From Bacteroidota bacterium (lineage in GTDB: Bacteria; Bacteroidota; Ignavibacteria; Ignavibacteriales; Ignavibacteriaceae), in contig JADFPP010000020.1 of assembly GCA_022562275.1 (NCBI GenBank), forward strand, positions 15,770 to 39,769: DNA of 24,000 nt, in the 5' to 3' direction. The notes beneath the pieces are model-generated. The model was not told the origin of the DNA and searched no databases. It saw nothing but the letters and a program-made list of their open reading frames with translations. The position numbers and the translations under genes were made by a program. Position 1 is the first letter of the stretch; every line of letters starts with the position of its first letter. Shown here piece after piece: positions 8,171-14,715 of this stretch.

Positions 8171-9607
8171 ATGCAAATGAATAGCTTTATTGATACTGAA
8201 CTTGTAGAAACTGACATTACTTCCATTGCAGACCAAAAATTAATTAATAGAGATTTATCTCCTACGAAAGTTTCAGAACGCTCCTGGGGAACGTACGCCA
8301 TCGCTGCACTCTGGATTGGAATGAGTGTTAATATTCCAACTTATATGCTGGCAAGCGGATTAATTGCCGGAGGTATGAATTGGTGGCAGGCATTGATGAC
8401 AATAGGACTTGGCAATTTAATTGTATTGATCCCGATGGTTTTAAATGCACACGCCGGAACAAAATACGGTATTCCTTTCCCAGTTCTTGCACGAGCTTCA
8501 TTCGGAACAAAGGGTTCTAATATACCCGCACTCCTTCGCGCTATTGTTGCCTGCGGATGGTTTGGTATTCAAACGTGGATTGGTGGGCAGGCATTTAATT
8601 TGTTGATAATAATTATTTTTCCAGGGTGGGCTGTTTTTTCGTGGGGTCCGGGAATTGGCTTCATGCTTTTTTGGGCAATGAACGTTTACTTTATCGTTAA
8701 AGGAATTGAATCAATAAAATGGCTTGAATCTTACGGCGCACCGTTTTTACTTTTGGTTGGTTTGGGATTACTTACCTGGGCTTATGTTAATGCAGGCGGG
8801 TTTGGTCCAATTTTAAGCCAGCCAAGTAAATTTGCAACTACCGGTGAGTTTTGGAAATTTTTTATTCCATCATTAACCGGGATGGTTGGTTTTTGGGCAA
8901 CACTTTCACTAAACATTCCTGATTTCACGCGATATGCAAAAAGCCAGAAATCTCAAATGATTGGACAAGCATTGGGTTTACCTCCTGCGATGGTTTTATT
9001 TTCTTTTATCGGTATAGCTGTTACGTCTGCAACAGTAATTATTTTTGGAGAAGCAATTTGGGATCCGGTTGCCTTACTATCAAGGTTTGAAAGTCCTGTC
9101 GTCGTTGCAATATCTCTGGGATCTCTCATTCTAGCAACGCTAACTACAAACATTGCTGCAAATGTTGTATCACCGGCAAACGATTTTGCCAACTTATCAC
9201 CGAAGCATATCAATTTTGTAAAAGGCGGCTTGATTACTGCAGTACTGGGAATTGCGATGATGCCCTGGAAACTTCTTGCTGATTACAGCGCTTATATTTT
9301 TGGATGGCTTATCGGTTACTCAAGTTTTTTAGGACCGATAGCCGGTATTTTAATTTGCGATTATTTTATTATTAGGAAAAGAAATCTTAATGTAAAAGAT
9401 CTTTATGAAACTGAAGGCGTTTACACCTACAGAAAAGGATTTAATCTAAAAGCTGTGTATGCACTTGCTGCCGGAGTAATTGTAGCATTAATTGGATTAG
9501 TTATTCCTGAAGTAAGTTTTTTATATGATTATGCATGGTTTGTTGGCTTTGCAGTTGCGTTTTTACTTTACTGGGTATTGATGGGACGATTGAGAAAACA
9601 TAAGTGA
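8171..9607 (+). CDS. NCS1-family nucleobase (uracil/cytosine/hydantoin-type) permease
   Basis: About 12 hydrophobic helices. NCS1-like N-terminus (NRDLSPTKVSERSWGTYAIAALWIGMSVNIPTYMLASGL), GIPFPVLARASFGTKGSNIPALLRAIVACGWFGIQTWIGG and NLSPKHINF-like region. Adjacent to hydA. Substrate not determinable from sequence alone. Confidence 0.9.
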   Translation: MQMNSFIDTELVETDITSIADQKLINRDLSPTKVSERSWGTYAIAALWIGMSVNIPTYMLASGLIAGGMNWWQALMTIGLGNLIVLIPMVLNAHAGTKYGIPFPVLARASFGTKGSNIPALLRAIVACGWFGIQTWIGGQAFNLLIIIIFPGWAVFSWGPGIGFMLFWAMNVYFIVKGIESIKWLESYGAPFLLLVGLGLLTWAYVNAGGFGPILSQPSKFATTGEFWKFFIPSLTGMVGFWATLSLNIPDFTRYAKSQKSQMIGQALGLPPAMVLFSFIGIAVTSATVIIFGEAIWDPVALLSRFESPVVVAISLGSLILATLTTNIAANVVSPANDFANLSPKHINFVKGGLITAVLGIAMMPWKLLADYSAYIFGWLIGYSSFLGPIAGILICDYFIIRKRNLNVKDLYETEGVYTYRKGFNLKAVYALAAGVIVALIGLVIPEVSFLYDYAWFVGFAVAFLLYWVLMGRLRKHK

Positions 9608-9796
9608 GCAGATTGAATTTTTCAGTTACACATTTGATTGATGATCTATAAGAATCTGGGACTATTATTTTACTTAATTGTTGATGATTTAAAGCAATTT
9701 AATTACGTTATTAAAAGTAATTAAAAACAGTTATCTGCAGCCTACCCTGATTATGGTTAAAATTATACATTAATTAAGAAGTTAAGAGAAAACATT

Positions 9797-10261
9797 ATGG
9801 AAATCTTAAAATTTAATAAGGAGTTTGTTGAGCGTACGATAAATATTTTAAACTCATACAAAGGAAAATTTGAGTTTAGTAATCTTTTGAATTGTACCTT
9901 GGGACTAATAATTCTACCATATGAAAACATGGGTTCATCATCTTATTGGAAAAGCGAAATAGTAAGACTTGAGGACATTCCATCATTTACTATTAAATTA
10001 TTTGAACCGATAAAAAAAATGAAAAAAGGTAGAATAATACGCTATCCAAAGACAATAGGAGTATTGTTGAGGAAAATAAGAAATGGGCTTGCACATCAAA
10101 ATATCAAGCCTATAAATAAGAATAATGAATTTGTTGGTATTAAAATATTTAATAAGTATAAAAATAAGTTAGACCTTGATATAGAGTTTACAAGAGAAGA
10201 ACTATCTAATTTTGCTATTTATATCTCGAATAAATATTTAGAGGAGGATGCAAGTGGATAA
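9797..10261 (+). CDS. Small HEPN-like protein (154 aa)
   Basis: RKIRNGLAHQNI contains an Rx4H signature (RNGLAH) typical of catalytic HEPN RNases. Helical, small, directly upstream of a KAP NTPase. Confidence 0.6.
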   Translation: MEILKFNKEFVERTINILNSYKGKFEFSNLLNCTLGLIILPYENMGSSSYWKSEIVRLEDIPSFTIKLFEPIKKMKKGRIIRYPKTIGVLLRKIRNGLAHQNIKPINKNNEFVGIKIFNKYKNKLDLDIEFTREELSNFAIYISNKYLEEDASG

Positions 10262-10331
10262 GGAAGTTAGGTATTTTGATTAAGGAATTGATTAGGTTCA
10301 GGGTAACAAGTAGCACTTTGAAAGTTGCAAA

Positions 10332-12575
10332 ATGAAACATGAATTAAAAACAACAACCACAGGATTTGATTCAGCTAAACTTAGTTATCAAGAAGACTAT
10401 TTAAATCGTTGGGATTTTGCTAAAGAAATATATGATCTTGCGATCACAACTCCCAAAGCATGGTCTGTAAGAATTAGTATTTACGGAAGCTGGGGAGAAG
10501 GTAAAAGTGTAGTTTTAAATTACATTCAACAAATTGCTAAAGCTGATAATCAAATTATACTTGAATTTAATCCCTGGGAGTACCAAACTGCTGAAGAACT
10601 TTGGGAATCGTTTGCATTATCTGTATATCAAACATTGAAGGATGCTGGAATTAAAATCAGATTATCAGATAAAATATGGTTCAACATTAAAGTTAAAATA
10701 AAAAGATTTTTTAGGAAATCGATTTTTCTTATTGAACCAATATCAAAGTTCAATGTTTACACTAAATCAGGTATACTAGTCTTAAAGAATTTTCTCCATT
10801 TTAACAAACGTATTCTAAATGAGTTACCTCAATATATGGGTGACAAGAGATTTATCATTCTAATAGATGACCTTGACAGATCTAATCCGGATATTATTCC
10901 ACAAATACTTTATTCATTAAAAGAATTATTAGATATCCCGGGCTTCTCATTTGTATTGGCATTTGATCCTGACGTCATTAACAATACTTTAAAGGCTCAT
11001 AATGTTAATTATGGAGAAAGTAAAGATTTCTTAGATAAGATAATTGATTTTCCGCGTTGGTTGCCAAAAGCTAACAATGATGAATTAAGTTACTTACTAA
11101 AAAAAGAAGGCGAGAAACATGTCAATTTTTTACCAGTTGGTTCATTAGAAAATGTATTCACACATTTACCTAAAAATCCAAGAAAGTTAAAACAATTTAT
11201 CAGATCATTGTTGAGTTTTAAAAATGAAACTGAGAGATACGATGTTGAAGAATTAAATTGGCATGTTCTACTATTAATAAACGTTCTAAAATTCAGTTAC
11301 CCATCTCTTACTGATTCGATAATTCAAAATCAAAAAATTTGGGATTCCATAACGACTGATAGATGGTTCGGAGAAAGAAGAGACAATAGTAATAGAAAGA
11401 AAGAGCATGAAGAAGAGTTATTAAAGATTATCAATGAAAAGAACCATAATAAAGATGATAGAGATAACATTCTTGAGATTATTAAAGATATTTCAAACTC
11501 AAATTACCCTATAAGCGTGGGTGCATTAGATTCTTATACTTACTTGACAGAAAAAAGATCTCCACTTACATGGAAAGAGTTTAATACTTTAATAAATAAT
11601 TTTGAAAAAGAATCTTCTATTTCGCTAATCGAAAATTTCATGGGGGAATATCCAAAACCCTCCACATTCTCCAGAGAGGATTTTCTTAAAGTGTTATTTC
11701 AAAAAACAGTTGAATATCAAAATTGGTCCCTAGGAATGGCTTCAGATACCCATCTTGAAGAGTACTTAATAAGTCACGTAAAAGATGCAAGTTTAGCGCT
11801 GAGATTATTAGCAACAATTAGTTTCGATATGGGAGGATTCGTTGGTAAAAAACCATTTCTAGATATCTCGAAATTCAGAATTCTCCATGAGATGATTACG
11901 AGATGGACTCACTTTACAATGCCAGACATTTATAAAAGAATAAGACAGGATGAGAAAGAATTATTGCTGAAAATCTGTCATGAATCTACAATTGATTTAA
12001 TCCTGATTATGAATTTTTTGCAGCCTTGGTTTCCATTTAGGACGGGAGTGTTTAATAGCATAGCTGAAGAGCAATTGAGTAAAGAACTAGGAAAAATATT
12101 GGAAGAGAGAATATCTTATCAACTGTTTGAAAATTTTAAAAAAGAAGGGTGGATAGAGTCTATTTTTATTAGAGATAAACACATAGTCGAACATTATATA
12201 TTGCTAAGAAAAAATAGCTGTTTCTGGACCTGCAACCTAAGGGATGAATTTTTTAAATTACTGAATAAATCGGCAAATAATACTAATCTTATTTTAAATA
12301 TGGCCTCTTTTGAGAGTTTGATTACCGTAGCGCTTTTAGATGAAAAGGACAAGTGGAGTGTAATACCGGATGCAGATTCAATACTACATGATCACGAACT
12401 TATTACAATAATTTGGGAAACTGCACTAAGAAAAAAAATAAATCCCAGAATGTTTAAATCACAAGAGGAATATAAAGATGATATTAGAGCCAAAACTGGT
12501 ATAGATTTACCGCTACCATCTTGGTGGGAAGAAATGAAGAATATGGTGGAGGATAGAAAACAATCCAAGGATTAG
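10332..12575 (+). CDS. KAP-family P-loop NTPase (747 aa)
   Basis: Walker A SIYGSWGEGKSVVL, EFNPWEY, Walker B with KAP signature KRFIILIDDLDRSNPD, FSFVLAFDPDVI, DFLDKIIDFP, and NPRKLKQFIRSLL. Confidence 0.88.
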   Translation: MKHELKTTTTGFDSAKLSYQEDYLNRWDFAKEIYDLAITTPKAWSVRISIYGSWGEGKSVVLNYIQQIAKADNQIILEFNPWEYQTAEELWESFALSVYQTLKDAGIKIRLSDKIWFNIKVKIKRFFRKSIFLIEPISKFNVYTKSGILVLKNFLHFNKRILNELPQYMGDKRFIILIDDLDRSNPDIIPQILYSLKELLDIPGFSFVLAFDPDVINNTLKAHNVNYGESKDFLDKIIDFPRWLPKANNDELSYLLKKEGEKHVNFLPVGSLENVFTHLPKNPRKLKQFIRSLLSFKNETERYDVEELNWHVLLLINVLKFSYPSLTDSIIQNQKIWDSITTDRWFGERRDNSNRKKEHEEELLKIINEKNHNKDDRDNILEIIKDISNSNYPISVGALDSYTYLTEKRSPLTWKEFNTLINNFEKESSISLIENFMGEYPKPSTFSREDFLKVLFQKTVEYQNWSLGMASDTHLEEYLISHVKDASLALRLLATISFDMGGFVGKKPFLDISKFRILHEMITRWTHFTMPDIYKRIRQDEKELLLKICHESTIDLILIMNFLQPWFPFRTGVFNSIAEEQLSKELGKILEERISYQLFENFKKEGWIESIFIRDKHIVEHYILLRKNSCFWTCNLRDEFFKLLNKSANNTNLILNMASFESLITVALLDEKDKWSVIPDADSILHDHELITIIWETALRKKINPRMFKSQEEYKDDIRAKTGIDLPLPSWWEEMKNMVEDRKQSKD

Positions 12576-12841
12576 AACAAATTTTTTATAGATTTATATC
12601 TATTGTGAGCACTGCATTCTGAAATATATATATTATCATATTGTAACAATGTGGACTTCTTAAGGGAATCTTATAAACTCAATTAATCCCGTCATTATCG
12701 TATGCTTACTTTATCACTATGGCAATTTTATCTGCTATCCTGCCGTATCCGCGCACTAGCTGTATGCTTAGGCAAACTCTTTCCAAGAATGGGTCTTCTC
12801 AATTGCAGGTTTAGCGAGGATAGTAGTATAAACAATTATCT

Positions 12842-13022
12842 CTATTCAACTATTACTCTCACAACTTCCGAATGGCTTGTCCGGAGGGATCTTCGACAAA
12901 TTCAGGAGCGTACATTCTTTGCATTGTTGTAATACCGTTTGAGAATTCTCCTTTATGAGTTACAATTAGAGAATACTCAAATACATAAGTTCCTTTTGGA
13001 AGCCCGGTCTTTAAATTATTAA
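12842..13022 (-). pseudogene. Truncated copy of the 3' end of the A2M gene (fragment 1)
   Basis: The minus strand encodes LPKGTYVFEYSLIVTHKGEFSNGITTMQRMYAPEF..., matching intact A2M LPKGTYVFEYPLRVTHKGDFSNGITTMQCMYAPEF. After a 17-nt insertion (12880-12896) the frame resumes as SHSEVVRVIVE-stop (intact: SHSEGVRVKVE-stop). Confidence 0.85.
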
Positions 13023-13070
13023 TGTATGAAACATTTTGTAAGACGATCTTATGATATTATATTTACTATA

Positions 13071-13280
13071 GTGGAAACTAAAGAATTAAAAAACAGAATT
13101 GATAAAAACAGTTTTTCGGTTTCATCTCTTTTTGAAAACTCCGACGAAAAGGAATATTGGCAATCCAAATCATCTTCAGAAAGGCTGGAAGCAGTAGAAA
13201 TACTTCGACAAAGAGTTTATGGCTACAATCCATTTACCACCCGACTTCAAAGAATTCTTTCAATTACTAAACTCACATAA
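13071..13280 (+). CDS. Small antitoxin-like partner of the downstream nucleotidyltransferase
   Basis: EKEYWQSKSSSERLEAVEILRQRVYGYNPFTTRLQRILSITK resembles the YW..(K/R)TPEERLEA(I/V)E.LRQ..YGYD..T.RLQRVLEI partner protein of AbiEii-like NTases. The track ORF starts at 13026; the GTG at 13071 is a plausible in-frame start. Confidence 0.6.
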   Translation: METKELKNRIDKNSFSVSSLFENSDEKEYWQSKSSSERLEAVEILRQRVYGYNPFTTRLQRILSITKLT

Positions 13281-13668
13281 GGTTCACTACTTAGTAATTG
13301 GCGGTTATGCAGTGGCATATCATGGTTATCCACGTGCCACCGGAGATATTGATATATGGATCACCACTAACCCGGATAATGCAAAAAAAATAGTTCAAGC
13401 AATAAAGGAGTTCGGCTTTGCTGATCCGGACATTTCTGAAGAAATTTTTCTAAAAGAGGATCAAGTAATTAGAATGGGAGTTCCTCCATTGAGAATAGAA
13501 TTATTAACCACAATATCAGGGGTTGATTTTAAATCTTGTTATGCTAACCGCATAGATGAAACTCTTGATGATGTCACAATAAGTTTCATAGGATTAGAGG
13601 ATCTAAAACAAAACAAGAAAGCCAGCGGAAGACATATAGACTTAAATGATTTGGAAAGGCTGCCTTAA
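13219..13668 (+). CDS. AbiEii-like nucleotidyltransferase (DUF6036-type) toxin-family protein
   Basis: FFQLLNSHKVHYLVIGGYAVAYHGYPRATGDIDIWITTNPDNAKKI: NTase GG...DID motif. Ends GRHIDLNDLERLP, typical of this family. Confidence 0.8.
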   Translation: MATIHLPPDFKEFFQLLNSHKVHYLVIGGYAVAYHGYPRATGDIDIWITTNPDNAKKIVQAIKEFGFADPDISEEIFLKEDQVIRMGVPPLRIELLTTISGVDFKSCYANRIDETLDDVTISFIGLEDLKQNKKASGRHIDLNDLERLP

Positions 13669-13714
13669 AAAATAATGAGATAATAGGAAATCAATTAATT
13701 CCATCTCTCCTGCT

Positions 13715-13739
13715 ATTCCTATGCTATTGTTATAGGAAT
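13715..13739. terminator. Hairpin downstream of the NTase gene (possible terminator)
   Basis: ATTCCTAT (13715-13722) / ATAGGAAT (13732-13739), perfect 8-bp stem, followed by TTTT. Confidence 0.4.
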
Positions 13740-13751
13740 TTTAGCAGCTAC

Positions 13752-13842
13752 CCTCCAACTTTAACCCTTACCCCTTCCGAATGACTTGTCCGGAGGGATC
13801 TTCGACAAATTCAGGCGTATACATACACTGCATTGTTGTAAT
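13752..13842 (-). pseudogene. Second truncated copy of the extreme 3' end of the A2M gene (fragment 2)
   Basis: The + strand CCTTCCGAATGACTTG[TCCGGAGGGATCTTCGA]CAAATTCAGGCGTATACATACACTGCATTGTTGTAAT matches the intact gene CCTTCAGAATGACTTG-CAAATTCAGGCGCATACATACACTGCATTGTTGTAAT apart from the 17-nt insertion. Confidence 0.85.
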
Positions 13843-14008
13843 TCTCCTGAAACGGCAAGTAAACTAAAAAATTTCCTTTTTTTCTCAATCAGGATAAAAT
13901 TTCCTGTACGATTTTAAGGTAGATTTACTATATTTATTTTATGTTCTTTTCAATTTCGTTTTATAACCCATACTGAAATTAGAAAGGAAAGGAAGAGTAA
14001 ATTAATTA

Positions 14009-14308
14009 ATGGATATATTAAGCAAACATAAAGATGAATTGAATAAATTCTGTGAGACCAACAGGATAATAAAACTTTCTCTATTCGGTTCGTATGCTAA
14101 GAATAGTTATGATGAAGATAGTGATATTGACCTGTTAGTTGAGTTTGAAGATGACGCTACACCAGGATACCTTGTATTAGCACGAATGGAAAATCAATTA
14201 ACAGATCTTTTCGGAATAAAAACTGATCTCAGAACTGCAAATGAATTGAGCAGGTATTTCCGTGAGCAAATTGTAAAAGAAGCGATAGTCCAGTATGCAG
14301 CCGAATGA
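14009..14308 (+). CDS. mntA: MntA-like minimal nucleotidyltransferase (antitoxin), module A
   Basis: LSLFGSYAKNSYDEDSDIDLLVEF (GSx10DxD NTase motif). Overlaps the downstream HepT gene by 14 nt. Confidence 0.88.
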   Translation: MDILSKHKDELNKFCETNRIIKLSLFGSYAKNSYDEDSDIDLLVEFEDDATPGYLVLARMENQLTDLFGIKTDLRTANELSRYFREQIVKEAIVQYAAE

Positions 14309-14627
14309 CAGAATCCGAATAAAGCATATGATTGATGCTGCTGAAGAAGCAATCTCATTTGCTGAGGGGAAATATAGAGAAGCTTTAGACAGTGAAAGAA
14401 TGTTAGTTCTTTCTTTAGTTAAAGAAATTGAAATTATCGGTGAAGCTGCAGTAAAAGTTTCAGTGGAAGTAAAAGAAATAAATTCTCAAGTTCCCTGGGA
14501 TGATATAACCGGAATGCGTAATCATCTTGTTCATGGTTATTTTGATGTGGATTTAGATATGCTTTGGAATACCGTTAAACTAGATCTGCCTATGCTGTTA
14601 ATTAAGTTGAAGAAAATTATTTCTTAG
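14295..14627 (+). CDS. hepT: HepT-like HEPN toxin (DUF86), module A
   Basis: Rx4HxY motif in GMRNHLVHGYFDVD, preceded by IGEAAVKVS. Confidence 0.88.
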   Translation: MQPNDRIRIKHMIDAAEEAISFAEGKYREALDSERMLVLSLVKEIEIIGEAAVKVSVEVKEINSQVPWDDITGMRNHLVHGYFDVDLDMLWNTVKLDLPMLLIKLKKIIS

Positions 14628-14665
14628 TAACTAACTTCCTAATCATTTCTTCGTATTCAATAAAA

Positions 14666-14696
14666 AACCCTCTCCATTTTTTTAATGAAGAGGGTT
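14666..14696 (-). terminator. Rho-independent terminator for the A2M gene
   Basis: AACCCTCTCCATT / AATGAAGAGGGTT 13-bp stem (1 mismatch), 5-nt loop. On the minus strand the stem is followed by TTTTTT. Confidence 0.75.
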
Positions 14697-14715
14697 GATG
14701 AATCAACAGCTATCA

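Noticed and set aside
10311-10330. Short palindrome ACTTTGAAAGT just before the KAP NTPase start codon
   Set aside because: Only a 5-bp stem with a 1-nt loop. Too weak to claim as a regulatory structure.
12702-12932. 76-aa ORF MLTLSLWQFYLLSC...
   Set aside because: Runs antisense through A2M fragment 1, so the C-terminal half is the reverse of the A2M remnant. Not credible as a gene.
13026-13070. 5' extension of the antitoxin-like ORF (MKHFVRRSYDIIFTI)
   Set aside because: Starts at the edge of the A2M fragment 1 sequence. The family-like sequence begins after the GTG at 13071.
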